This document shows, in pieces, positions 13,744 through 26,695 of a stretch of 64,000 nucleotides of DNA; the first letter of the stretch is position 1; each line of letters starts with the position of its first letter. The notes under the pieces were generated by a model. That model had not been told where the DNA came from. It ran no database searches and worked only from the letters and a program-made list of their open reading frames with translations. The stretch covers positions 620,001 through 684,000 of the forward strand of contig NC_043012.1 of assembly GCF_006345805.1 (NCBI RefSeq), in the 5' to 3' direction. The position numbers and the translations under genes are program-made. Source of the stretch: Octopus sinensis (lineage: Eukaryota).

Positions 13744-14138
13744 TTCTTTTACTTGTTTCTGTCATCTGATTGCAGCCATGCTGGAGCACCACACTTTAGT
13801 CGAACAAATCAACACCAAGTCATACTTTTTTTTGAAACCTGGTACTTATTTTATCGATCTGTTTTGCCGAACCACTAAGTTACAGGAACGTAAACATACC
13901 AACACCGGTTGTCAAGCGACGATGATGGGGGACAAACACAGGCACAAAGACAAACACGCATAAATATATACATACACACACACATATATATATATATACG
14001 ACGGGCTTCTTTCAGTTTCCGTCTACCAAATCCACTCACAATACTTTTGTCGGCTCGAGGCTGTTGTAGAAGAACCCGAAACCTGCAACCATGTGGTTCA
14101 GAAGCAATCTTCTGACCACACATCCACACCTGCGCCTA
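13744..14138 (-). mobile_element. SINE family A, diverged
   Basis: Colinear with the other copies. Confidence 0.8.
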
Positions 14139-14379
14139 GACACACACACGCACACACACACACACACATACATGCACACACATGCATACAAACATATGAA
14201 TGTGTGTTGCAAGACTCCTCACGTGAAGTCTTGTGTTGAAGCAGATATTATTGTATTTCGGAATGGTCATTTTCTTTTTGCTAAATAAATACACGAACTA
14301 TATATTCGTTTTTTCTTCCCATATTACTCATGCTCTGCCTATTACATTCTCGGACAAGAGAACACATGAAGATGGAAAG

Positions 14380-14424
14380 TGTCGCTGAGGAGGTCACAGG
14401 TGTGAGACGAAATATTTCCGGACA
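14380..14424 (+). ncRNA. Minimal type I hammerhead ribozyme motif
   Basis: TGTCG-CTGAGGA-G-GTCAC-AGGT-GTGAGAC-GAAA-TATT-TC-CGGACA. GAAATATTTC is a perfect palindrome; helix I has 5 bp with one bulge. Confidence 0.6.
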
Positions 14425-14511
14425 ATGGACATGAGTTAGAAGAAAAACAGTAATAAAGGAGTGAAAAACGAATATACATACATACATATATGTATGTGTG
14501 TGGTTTGCGTA

Positions 14512-14543
<32 letters not shown>

Positions 14544-14582
14544 TATTATTATTATTATTATTATATTATTATTATAATTAAT

Positions 14583-14620
<38 letters not shown>

Positions 14621-14660
14621 TAATAATAATATAATAATATAATAAAAGATAATAATAATA

Positions 14661-14692
<32 letters not shown>

Positions 14693-14700
14693 TAATAATA
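14512..14700. repeat. (TTA)n switching to (TAA)n microsatellite
   Basis: Orientation flips at about 14578. Confidence 0.9.
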
Positions 14701-17270
14701 ACCCCAAAAAGTTCTACCAAGAACTGGGCACAATAAAATAGAAGTCACTGCAGCACCAACGGCAGAAAAATTGGAAGCATTCTGGGGAGAAAGATATGGT
14801 CGGCGAACGAACCACCAAAAAAAAAGGAGTATCAAAATAACAAACTCGGCAATCTGAACCAAATTTGGACCCCCGTAACAACTGAAGAGGTCACCCAGGC
14901 ACTGCAAAGACTAAGCAACTGGAAGGCACCTGGGCATGACAAGATCCCCAACTTCTGGTTGAATATCTAACAGGAATGCACAAAAAGCTGGCTGAAAACT
15001 TTAACAACGTACTAGCAGAGCCAGAGACAATGCCTGAATGGCTCACGAAGGGGAAAACCATCTTAATTCCCAAATCAATGAAACAGAAAAACCAGAAAAC
15101 TACAGACCAATAACCTGCCTCCCTACTATGTTCAAGGCATTTACTGCAGTGATATCACAAAGGCTGAACAAGCACCTGGACGAAAAACAAACTGTTCCCA
15201 GAAGAGCAGAAAGGATGCGGCAAAGGCTCATATGGCTGTAAAGATCAACTAATGATTAATAAAGCATACTGAAGACAGCCACAGAAAGAAGAAAGGCCTC
15301 AGTATGGCCTGGATTGACTACAAAAAGGCTTTGATAGCATCCCCCACACATGGATCCTCGAAACACTAGCCATTAACAAAGTAGCCCAACAATCATAAAA
15401 TTCATAGAGCACTCTATGAATAAATGGCAAAACAGTCCTACACCTCCAAACAAAAGAGGGACTCATGAAAACCAAAGACATCCCCATTAGAAGAGGAATA
15501 TTCCAGGGAGATACGCTCTCTCCACTCCTTTTCTGCTTGGCACTGTCACCTCTATCTGATATGCTAAATAGAACTGGATGCGGATATAAATGTTACGGCA
15601 AAACGATCAGCCACCTTTTATATATGGATGACCTAAAACTATACGCTGCAAATGACAAACAGCTGGAAACACTATTAAAGACAGTTCATGGATTTACCAA
15701 AGAAATAGATATGAAATTTGGATTAGAAAAATGCGCCAAAAGTAACCATGAAAGAGAAAACTAGTTAAGAGTAACAACATCACACTAGATGAGCAAATGA
15801 AATAAAAGAATTAGACCAAAGCCAAACTTACAATACTTAGGAATCCATGAACTAGATAAGAACACAACACACACAAATGAAAGAGAAAATAAAAAAGAAT
15901 ATTATAGACGAGTTAGATCATACTAAACACAGAGCTCAATGCTAAAAACAAGATAATAGGTATCAACACTTTAGCTGTCCCAGTTATAAGTTACAGCTAC
16001 AATATCCTTAACTGGACACGAAATGAACTGACCAAAATAGACAGGAAACAAGAAAAAATAATGACAGGATCTAGGATGCATCACCCAAAATCTGACATAG
16101 AAAGACTATATACAAACGTATAGAAGGTGGTAGAGGCCTTATACAGCTGGAAAACTACTATAAAATAACCACCATAGGTCTGCAAAAATATCTACTTCAG
16201 AAGGAAGGAAAACTGATCCAGATAGCGGCAAAACACGAGCAAAACAAAAACTGTTCTCAGTATTTAAGGAAGCTGACAAATACAAACAAGAAATCATACC
16301 ACCTAATAAACGGAAGAAGAAGAAGAAGAAGATGAAGAAACAACAAAAGCTATAAAAAAAATGAAATCCAAACTAAAAATAGAACAGCAACGAACCATGA
16401 TAAAACGATGGCAAGAAAAGCCCCTTCATGGTAAATACTGGACTAAGCTAAACGCAAAAGAAATAGACAAAGAAAAATCCCAGCAATGGTTGAGAAGCTC
16501 AGGACTCAAAGCAGAAACAGAGGGATTTTAATTGCAGCACAAGACCAAAGCCTTCCCCCAGAAATTACCAAAAACATGTAATGAAAAAGAAATATTACAA
16601 GTAACTGCAGAATATGTGGAGATGGACAAGAAACAATAAATCATATTATCTCTAGCTGCCCAGTCTTGGCTAAGAAGGAATATATTCCCAGACATGACAG
16701 AGTTGGAACTTACATACATTGAAGCTATGCCAACATTATGGAATAACAACAGAAAAAGATGGTATAGGCACACACCAGAAAAGGTCACAGAAAACGAGAA
16801 GCAACCATACTCTGGGATATGCCGATACACACAGATAGAGAAATAAGGCCAACAGACCAGATATAGTTGTCAGAGACCATGAAGAAAAAAAATGCTTTCT
16901 ATTGATGTATCAATACCGGCAGATGACAACGTGTCTCTAAAAGAAATGGGCGAAACTCTCAAAATACAAAGACCTGGAAAAGAGGTAACTAGAATGTGGA
17001 ATCTGAAAACAGAAACCATTCCTATCATAGTAGGTGCATTAGGCATGATAAAAATTTCAGACAAATACATACAAAAACACCAGACTTACAAACACATATA
17101 CATACAGAAAATTGCACTACTAGGCACTGCACACATCCTACGCAGAACACTTTCCATACAATAACCATCAGAGGCATCACAACAAATCACAGCACATACC
17201 AAGGCACACAGAGCTGCGCTCGGTAGTGAAGTGAAAGTACGCTATAAAAATAAAAATAAAACTACTGAAT
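14701..17270 (+). mobile_element. 5'-truncated R4/Dong-like element, subfamily A (second copy)
   Basis: Colinear with 3713-6270. ORF piece 15465..15764 carries RRGIFQGDTLSPLLFCLAL and HLLYMDDLKLYAAND; CRICGDGQETINHIISSC at about 16605-16660; (TAA)n on both sides. Confidence 0.92.
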
Positions 17271-17696
17271 GATAATATAATAATAATAATAACAATAATA
17301 ATAATAATACATAATAATAATAATAATACTAATCATAATAATAAATAAAATAATATAATAATAATAATAATATAATAATAACAATAATAAAAGGGAATAT
17401 AAAATTCCAAGGCAATAGGAGAAAACAAACTGAATTTAGTTATTCTAAATCAAATTTCACGAGATATTAAATGTACATAGAATTAAGAGATAGAACCTCC
17501 ATAAAGTAATTCTGTTAATAATAAAAGATATTATCTATAATAAAATATAAATTTAAATATATTATTAATATTGTACTAAAAATGTCTATACTAAATAATA
17601 CACATTAAAAAATACACATTAAAATTACAATATTACTAATATCGTGCTAAAAATTCTAAACTAAATAATACACATTAAAAAAATACACATTATAAC

Positions 17697-17803
17697 GACG
17701 ACGCGCGTTTCATGACTATGTATACAAATCTACAATATAAAAACAGATAATCTCAAAAATTAATATTTCTTTGATCCAACGATACATAGCCACTCTTCAG
17801 GTC
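17697..17803 (-). ncRNA. Type I hammerhead ribozyme motif with long helix II
   Basis: Minus strand GAC-CTGAAGA-GTGGCTATGTAT...ATACATAGTCAT-GAAA-C-GCGC-G-TC-GTC: 12-bp helix II, palindromic GCGC loop, GUC triplet, 3-bp helix I. Confidence 0.75.
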
Positions 17804-17999
17804 TCAATAACATAAATTTACAACATAAATGAAGACCTGATATTGACACTATACATTTATAAATAATTGATAAGATTTAACAATATTGACGAATAGTAGG
17901 AACATAAATTATCTTATTTATAAGATAACTGCTGCTCATCAGGGTAATTCTGAGGGTGAACGAGCTTTGTACTGTACTCTGCCACGTTCCTAACAGAAT

Positions 18000-18066
<67 letters not shown>

Positions 18067-19459
18067 TTTATTTAAGAATTCTAACAAAACTATCCGAAGA
18101 CGGGACGTGAAACTCTCAGTAAGTTTTGTGATATTTCTGGTGCTTTTAAATAAAGGACATTACTCTACCTATGGTACTTGAGTACTCTTTTTCCCCCACC
18201 TAATTTCATTATAAACCTAAGAACTATTAAAAATCTCTTGCCGCCAAGAGATTAGGTTAGGCAGGTTTAGTTAACGTGCCTTTTGTCTGTAAGTAATCTA
18301 ATTGCAAAACACTATTAATAGCTCTTATTTTAAAACAGTTTACATTAAATGATATTTATTTCTCACTGGGTGGATTAGTTTTTTGATGATCTTAGATTAA
18401 CAGAACACATATTAGGAGCTTCACCTGTGCGTTCACAGATTAATCCGTCATTCAGTGATGATCTTATGAATACGCAAACGACACTCCCGATATTTGATAA
18501 TAACAACAAAAATATAGGTGGTACTAAGTAATAATAGCGTTCAGTGGCTAAAGAATAAAACTTAATAATTATAATTAAGCTATAATTAGAATCGTGGCCA
18601 TATAATGCGCCTACTTGCTAAATCCTCAAGTAAACCAACGGATTACACTGAAATATACAAGAGATCAACAGAAATCGAGTTAGTGGCTAATAATTCCTCA
18701 GAATCATCACAGACCAAAATTGCATTTATTTATATCATGATTTCGAGCTCTGGCTAAAGCCTTATCTCTCCTCAGTATATATTGCCATATGTGAGAAACA
18801 AATTCACCTCGTTTGAGTCTGTGCCACCACACAGACGTGACAGAAGTAAATAGACGCCCTTATAATCGTTAAAATTTATTTAAACCTGAAATTATACAAT
18901 CAAATGATTTAATAATTATTATAATGTGAATATCTGCGAAAGGCCCTGTCAAAGAGTCCCGGTTGACCTAGGCGAGGTGATGTGCACTCCGTTCCTTCTC
19001 TGTTGAATTGCACAATCACTCTATTAACTCTAGAAAGCAGGATCCCAAGGTTTTCGGCGATCTTACGCTGATTAAATCCACCTTCAAATTAACCCACAAT
19101 ACGGCCACTTTAAAATTCGGACAGTTTTAAAGCTTCTTTTGTACGTGGCGCGATTAAATAGAACTTGAGACAAAAAAATGTCAATTAATAAAAAAATTAA
19201 ACCTTTTCAAATTAAAATAAGCATAAAACGATGTTTTATAGGGTGTCTATTAACTTCTGTCATGTCACTGTGTATATGCATATATATACATATATATGTA
19301 TATATGTGTATATCTATATCTATATATATGTCTATCTATCTATCGATATATCTATCTATAGATATATACACACATTTATATGTATGCACATATATGTATA
19401 CATGCACACACACACACACATATATATATATATTATATATATATATTATATATTATATA

Positions 19460-19493
<34 letters not shown>

Positions 19494-19789
19494 TACGTAT
19501 ATTTAACCATACATATACAGTCACCTACATCATACAATGTATTGAGTACTTTTTTGTTGTTCGTGAGAAGCAGCATACAACCACACACACACACACACAC
19601 ACGTACGCACTTAAAAATGCATAAACACAGACCTATATGGAAGGTAAAAAAATAAAATAAATAAAAACAGAATAAGAAAGAAATGACGTCAGGTTGTGTG
19701 CGTGAAGCAAAAGGATTGAGTGCGTAAGAAACGGGCGGAGGGAAAGAATGGTAGAGAGGAATCGAGTCACAAAGAGAGAGTGGAAGACA

Positions 19790-19925
19790 GAGAGAGAGAG
19801 AGAGAGAGTGAGTGAGTAAGTGAGTGAGTGAGTGAGTGAGTGAGTGAATGAGTGAGTGAGTGAGTGAGTGAGTGAGTGAGTGAGTGAGTGAGTGAGAGAG
19901 TTAGTTGGTAGGGAGAGAGAGAGAG
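19790..19925. repeat. (GA)n/(GAGT)n microsatellite
   Basis: Direct reading. Confidence 0.9.
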
Positions 19926-20023
19926 TGATCGCTCCATTTGTTTGTATATTGCATGTAAAATGTCTATTTTTAATATGATGGATCTACGAGAGCTCTGCCT
20001 TGTGTTGATGATGTTGCTGCCGA

Positions 20024-20054
<31 letters not shown>

Positions 20055-20577
20055 ATTATTATTATTATTTTCTAGGTTACTTGGCCTGCTAGCAACATGT
20101 CTTGCCCTATCTGCCTTTTAATCAACACTCGCACTCACACATACACGTATTCACATGCGCCAATGTCTTGTGTGCATACGATATGTATATACATATATAT
20201 ATACACATATATGTGTGTGTATGTGTCTGTACATGTGTGTGTATGTGTGTGCGGTTCCATATATATATATATATAAATATATTCACATACATGCATACAT
20301 GCATACATACATATATATGTGTGTATACGTGTGCGAGTGTATGTATGTATGTGTGTGTGCGTGTGTGTACATATATGCATGTAGGTATTATTTATGTATT
20401 TTGGTGATAAATTAGATTTGGTTACACACCCAAAACGCTTATTCAGAAGCACCACATGTATATATACGTACATATATACATACAAACACACAAAGCATAA
20501 ACATATATGTGTGTGTGTGTGTGTGTGTGTGCATATAAGCATTCATGCATACATGTATATGTATATTGATATATATA

Positions 20578-20990
20578 CGCAGGAGTGGCTGTGTGGTAAG
20601 TAGCTTGCTTACCAACCACATGGTTCCGGGTTCAGTCCCACTGCGTGGCACTCTGGGCAATTGTCTTCTACTATAGCCTCGAGCCGACCAAAGCCTTGTG
20701 CGTGGATTTGGTAGACGGAAACTGAAAGAAGCCTGTCGTATATGTGTATATATATATATATGTGTGTTTTTGTGTCTGTGTGTCTGTGTTTGTCCCCCTA
20801 GCATTGCTTGACAACCGATGCTGGTGTGTCTACGTCCCCGTCACTTAGCGGTTCGGCAAAAGAGACCGATAGAATAAGTACTGGGTTTTACAAGATAAGT
20901 CCCGGGGTCGATTTGCTTCGACTAAAGGCGTGCTCCACATGGCCGCAGTCAAATGACTGAAAAGAAGTAAAAGAGTAAAGCGAGAGAGTA
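20578..20990 (+). mobile_element. SINE family A, full length
   Basis: GCAGGAGTGGCTGTGTGGTAAG...GGTTCAGTCCC head through TAAAAGAG tail. Confidence 0.9.
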
Positions 20991-21154
20991 TATATATATA
21001 TATAGACTTACGAATATATACAAATTTGTCTTGTTTCCAATCAACTTTATAAACCTATCTTTTCATCCATCCATCTGTGCTTCCAGGTATCCATGCCACT
21101 ATCTACCTGTCTGTATATCTGTATGTCTGAATGTATTATGTATGGTTGTTTGTC

Positions 21155-21537
21155 TGTCTTTCTATCTGCATACATTTGAATATACCTATATATCGCTCTT
21201 TCTTTCTATTCATCTATTTACCTATCATAGTTGACAGATGCTCCCCATCCTATGCAATGAATCAAATTATCAATGGCTAGGCCATCATATATGAGTAAAT
21301 ATTTCGGTACCTAATATACATATATATATATATATATTTGTATATATATATATTTATATTGTATTATAAATAAATATTTTCAAGTGAAAAAATACTTTTT
21401 TCTTCTATGAGGTTTTTCCACCCTAACTATCTGATAATTTCTTGTTAAGATTCCTTTATTAGATTTTATCCTAATTGTTAAAATTATTATATATATATGT
21501 ATATATATAATATTATATATATATATTATATATATAT

Positions 21538-21569
<32 letters not shown>

Positions 21570-21912
21570 ATACATATATATATATATAATTTTAACAATT
21601 AGGATAAAATCTTAATAGGAATCTTAACAAGAAATTATCAGATAGTTAGCGTGAACAACCCATAAGAAAAAAGTATTTTTTCCTTGAAAATATTATTTAT
21701 AATCAATATAATATATATATATATATATATATAATTATATATATATGTATATTAGGTACCGAAATATTTACTCATACATGATGGCCTAGCCATTGATAAT
21801 TTGATTCATTGGCATAGGATGGGAGCATCTGTCAACCTATGAATAGTCAAATAGATGAATAGAAAGAAAGAGCGATATATAGGTATTTCAAATGTATGCA
21901 GATAGAAAGACA
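21155..21912. repeat. Large imperfect palindrome (arms about 380 bp, centre in a TA microsatellite near 21540)
   Basis: For example caatggctaggccatcatatatgagtaaatatttcggtacc on the left is mirrored by ggtaccgaaatatttactcatacatgatggcctagccattg on the right. Confidence 0.9.
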
Positions 21913-21971
21913 TATATATATATATTATATATCTATATAATATATATATATATTATATATACGACGTATAG

Positions 21972-22255
21972 GGCGGCGAGCTGGGAGAACCGTTGGCACG
22001 CCCGGCGATAATGCTTAGCGACATTTCAACGTATTCATGTTCTGAGTTCAAATTCCACCGAGACCCACTTTAGCTTTCATTGTTTCGGGATCGATAAAAT
22101 AAGTACCAGTCAAGCATTGGGATCTATGCAATCTGCTTGTCCCTTTCACTGAGTTCAAATTCTTCCGAGGTCGACTTTGCCTTTCATCCTACCGCAGTCG
22201 TTAAAATTAATACCAGCTGAACACTGGGCTCAACATAATCAAGTAGTCCCTTTTC
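21972..22255 (+). mobile_element. SINE family B, full copy plus partial
   Basis: GGGCGGCGAGCTGGGAGAACCGTTGGC head; body repeated. Confidence 0.7.
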
Positions 22256-22261
22256 CCTAAA

Positions 22262-22592
22262 AGGCCGGTGGTTCTGAGCTCCTCCAAAAATGCTCCGCTT
22301 CCATGTCTGCTTCGGGCGCCCTCGCTTCCTTTTCCCCTGCGGGTTCCAGTCAAGTGATTGTCATGTCAAATTTGAAGGTTCTTTCCGCAGTGTGTCCCCG
22401 ATCCATCTCCATTTCTTCGTCTAGTCTGAACATGTATCGGCTCCTGGTTGACCCTTTCCCACAGGTAGGGGTTTGGCACTCTGTCAAACCACTTCAGATG
22501 GAGGATCTACCGGAAACATTTGTTGATTAAGGTCTGGATCTTCTTGTAGTTGATGCCGATGGCTCTCTATGTTTCAGAGCCATACAGAACAG
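22262..22592 (-). mobile_element. RTE-clade LINE 3' fragment
   Basis: VLYGSET*R...NKCFR*ILHLKWFDRVPN..LWERVNQEPI...WRWIG.TLRK...LDWNPQGKRKRGRPKQTWKRS with stops and a frameshift; typical RTE C-terminus. Confidence 0.85.
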
Positions 22593-22705
22593 ATTTTACG
22601 TTTGAACTAATATACAATATATACTATAAACATTACGCTTGGCGGAATAATGTGAATGCTAGATGAGCTGAGACAGTGAGCTGGCAGAATCGCTACCACG
22701 CTGGG

Positions 22706-22752
<47 letters not shown>

Positions 22753-22936
22753 AGAATGGAGTCCAGCTCCATTCTTACATATATTTATATTTTTTAAATA
22801 AACATAAAAATTTCCACACGAAAGCACGTAATCTCATGCCTAGGCACGTAACTTCAAACCGGTTTTTCTGATGTGAATTTGCTACCCAGGTATCGGTTAA
22901 TTCGAATTATCCTTAATAAGATAATTCATTCAACTA

Positions 22937-22967
<31 letters not shown>

Positions 22968-22971
22968 CTTA

Positions 22972-23170
22972 CGGCGGGTAGCTGGCAGAACCGTTAGCAC
23001 GCCGAGCAAAATGCTTAGAAGCATTTCGTCCGTCTTCACGTTCTAAGTTCAAATTCTGGCGAGATCAACTTTGCCTTTCATCCTTCCGCAATCGATAAGT
23101 ATCAGTTGAGCACTAGGGTCGATATAAACGACTTACTCCTCTTCCGAACTTGCAGGCCTTATGTCAAAAT
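22972..23170 (+). mobile_element. SINE family B
   Basis: Head GGCGGGTAGCTGGCAGAACCGTTAGC and colinear body. Confidence 0.75.
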
Positions 23171-23479
23171 TATATAGCAGCATAGTCATTGTATCGATCA
23201 TATCCACCTTGAATGAATCAATGAATCAATATTTTTGTAAGTAAATGTTATTTTACATAGAAGCTTCTTCATTCCATATATAAGATTTCATTTATTAATC
23301 AATTGATTACGCTGTGCAGTGCGTTATATAATTTGTATCGCACACTTTAATCGTTCGTAACGCTTCGATACAACTTAATACATATGTGTAATTTTGATAG
23401 ATGATTTAGATAAATCAGTTGCTTTAATGTTATGCGTAATGAATCTTACAGTTGATTTTATGTGAAGATTTTGACATTG

Positions 23480-23536
<57 letters not shown>

Positions 23537-23544
23537 CATTACTA

Positions 23545-23596
<52 letters not shown>

Positions 23597-23600
<4 letters not shown>

Positions 23601-23807
23601 TAGTTTTATTTTTATTTTTATAGCGTGCTTTCACTTCACTACCGAGCACAGCTCTGTGTGCCTTGGGTATGTGCTGTGATTTGTTGTGATGCTCTGATGG
23701 TTATTGTATGGAAAGTGTTCTGCGTAGGATGTGTGTAGTGCCTAGTAGTGCAATTTTCTGTATGTTATATGTGTTTGTAAGTCCTGGTGTTTTTATTATG
23801 TATTTCT
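23597..23807 (-). mobile_element. 3' fragment of R4/Dong-like subfamily A inside a (TTA)n tract (23476-24033)
   Basis: Reverse complement of about 6065-6270. Confidence 0.88.
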
Positions 23808-23821
23808 TCTTCTTATTATTA

Positions 23822-23888
<67 letters not shown>

Positions 23889-23961
23889 CATTATCAGTAT
23901 TATTATTATTATTATCATTGTTATTATGATTATCATCATTATTATTATTATTATGATTATC

Positions 23962-24033
<72 letters not shown>

Positions 24034-24886
24034 TTAAGGGCTACATTGCACACCGTGTACTTTTAAATTTAAAGAGAGCTGAATATTATGTGAAACAGAT
24101 GTCACTCCTATTTCTAACATTGAGAAAGATTACAACAGCTACATCATGGTAAGGGATTAGATTATCTGGATTATTGAGTATTTTCTATGTATTTATTATA
24201 CATTACATATGAAATGTGAAACAAGAGTGTGATAAGCAATTAAAATCCGCAAATCGATAAAGAACATACGCATGCACACACATGAACACGCACACGTGCG
24301 CGCGCGAAAGCAGGCATAAATTCATTCACTATACAACACAAAGATATCTGCCAATCAAACGATCTATCTGTCTGTCTATCTATCTGCTTAAAATATCCAC
24401 ACACACAAATGTATATATGCATGTATTTATACATATGTACACGCATATATATGTATATTCTTTCTTAATTCATACATATATATATATACCTATAAATATA
24501 TATATATTTATCTTTTATTAAACTTTTAATACTTTTGATATTTATATAATTTTAAAAAAATTAATAAATAAATAATAAATAAAATAATATATAAATATAA
24601 AAATATACATACATACACACACATATATATATATTTGTATATATATATATTTAAAATTTATAAGTTTAAATTATTTAAATAATTTTTTAAATTTTAACTT
24701 TTATATTTTTAAATTCATTTTATGTATTGGCTTATGTGTTTCACTGTTTGATTTGCCTAATGGTGGTTTTATCTCTAATTTAATATAATATAATATAATA
24801 TATTTATACTATAAAATTGGATTTAATCCTAAATCTAATTTTCCCTGTAAGTTTGGATTTATTCCATAATATTATTATTATATATA

Positions 24887-24951
<65 letters not shown>

Positions 24952-25204
24952 TATTAAAGGAATACATCCAGTCAGATGATAAAAAAAAGGGACACGAGAA
25001 AAAACCAGAGAAATGTTACACAAATAGAAATGCAAATAACTGCACATTAACAATAGGTGTGTTTCGACTAAGGACGAATTAAATTAAGCTGGCGTGTGTG
25101 GAAGTGAAGCTTACAGAAGGAACATAAAAGATGGGCATGGGGAGGAATATAGATGTTGCACGGATGGTAGTCGAACCAAGAAAGAAATGTCAGGCTTGGC
25201 CATA

Positions 25205-26112
25205 TTATATATATGTCCGGCTTTAGTCTAATTTTCGTATTTCATTTGCTTTATCTAGTGTGGTGTTGCTACCCCTAACTACTTTTCCTCTTTTCACGGT
25301 TGATTTTGGCACATTTTTAAACCGAAATTCATGTTTATTTCTTTGGTAAATCTATGCACCGTTTGTAGTGATATTTTCAGCTGCTTATCATTTGCAGCAT
25401 ACAGTTTAAGATAATCCATATACAAGAGATGATCAATTGTTTTACCGTAGCAGTTGTATCCACATCCAGTTCTGTTTAGCTTGTCAGTTAGAATGATGAG
25501 AGCGTGTCTCCTTGGAATATTCCTCTTCTAATGGGGATGGCTTTAGTTGTTATGAGTCCTTCTTTTCTCTGGAGTTGTAGGCCTGTTTGCCATTTATTCA
25601 TGGAATGTTTTATCTATTATATTATTGATACTGCTTTGTTCCTGGCTAGTGATTCGAGGATCTATGAGTGGGGAATACTATCAAAACCTTTCGATAATCG
25701 ATCCAAGCCATGCTTAGACCCTTCTTTTTCAATCTGCTGTCTTCAGTTATAGCTTTATTGATGATTAGCTGATCTCTACAGCCGTATGAGCCCTTGCATC
25801 ATCCCTTCTGGATACAAGTTGTTTTCTTCCAGATGTTTGCGCATTCTCTGCGATATTATTGCAGTTAAAGCTTTGTAAATTGTAGAGAGATAAGTTATAG
25901 GTCTGTAGTTTTGTGGGTTTGCCGTTCCAATGGATTAGGCCATTAGGATAAGTTTTCCCTTCCATGAGCCATTCAGGTATTGTCTCTGGCTCTTCTAGTA
26001 TCTCGTTGAATTTCTCGGCCAGCGTCTGATGTATTTCTGTTAGATATTTTTGCCAGAAATTGGAGATCTTGTGCCCGGGGCAGTAGCGAATTTTCTTCAT
26101 GTAATACAACAT
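25205..26112 (-). mobile_element. Internal RT fragment of an R4/Dong-like element
   Basis: CPGHKISNFWQKYLT...IPEWLMEGKTY...RRGIFQGDTL...HLLYMDYLKLYAAND on the minus strand, with stops and frameshifts. Confidence 0.85.
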
Positions 26113-26659
26113 AGGTATTTAAATGGATAGGGTTTTTTCTAAGGATATCGGCAGTACTTGTCAGAACAACATTTGGGATTTCTCTGAGACATGATTATTC
26201 TGGGGAATTTTTCTCGATTTTTTTTAACATCCCTTTTTTATCATACCTAGGATACCCACTGCATTTCAATTTCCAACTCCTTGTATTTAGTTAATTTGTC
26301 AATTCAATTCCTTTACAGATATGTTTTTATCAGCGGGAACACTTACATCTATTATTTTACGAGTATTTTCTCCGTCATTAGTAAGGGTCGATTAGCTTGG
26401 ATCGTTCTGTCGGTGTTGGCTGGAAAATCCCAGAGGATAGTAACATTTTCACTTTCAACGACTAACTCAGGATGATGTTCATACCAGTAAGCAGAAGTGT
26501 TGATTTTGTAGTGTTTACATATTTTCCAACGTAAATACTGCCCTACCTTATCGTGGCGATTTTTGTATTCGTTTGGTGTCAGCACAGGATATCCCGAGAT
26601 CAGATGGTCTATTGCTTCATCAAACGTATCGCAGATTCTGCATTTAGGGTCAGAACCGC

Positions 26660-26660
<1 letters not shown>
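26113..26660 (-). mobile_element. R4/Dong-like CCHC + RLE fragment, subfamily C
   Basis: DPKCRICDTFDEAIDHLISG...RHDKVGQYLRWKICKHY...ILWDFPANTDRTIQANRP (ORF track 26352..26786); 5' end abuts (TAA)n. Confidence 0.85.

Positions 26661-26695
<35 letters not shown>

Noticed and set aside
17900-17945. Second hammerhead upstream of 17697-17803
   Set aside because: CTGATGA and a hairpin are present but no GAAA or cleavage triplet follows.
18085-18125. Hammerhead-like CCGAAGA-CGGGACGT-GAAACTCTC
   Set aside because: Helix II and helix I do not pair convincingly.
18445-18490. Hammerhead-like GTGATGA...GCAAAC
   Set aside because: Three or more core deviations; could arise by chance.
21680-21780. Hammerhead in the 21-kb palindrome (CGAAATATTTA)
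   Set aside because: No CUGANGA upstream and no helix I.
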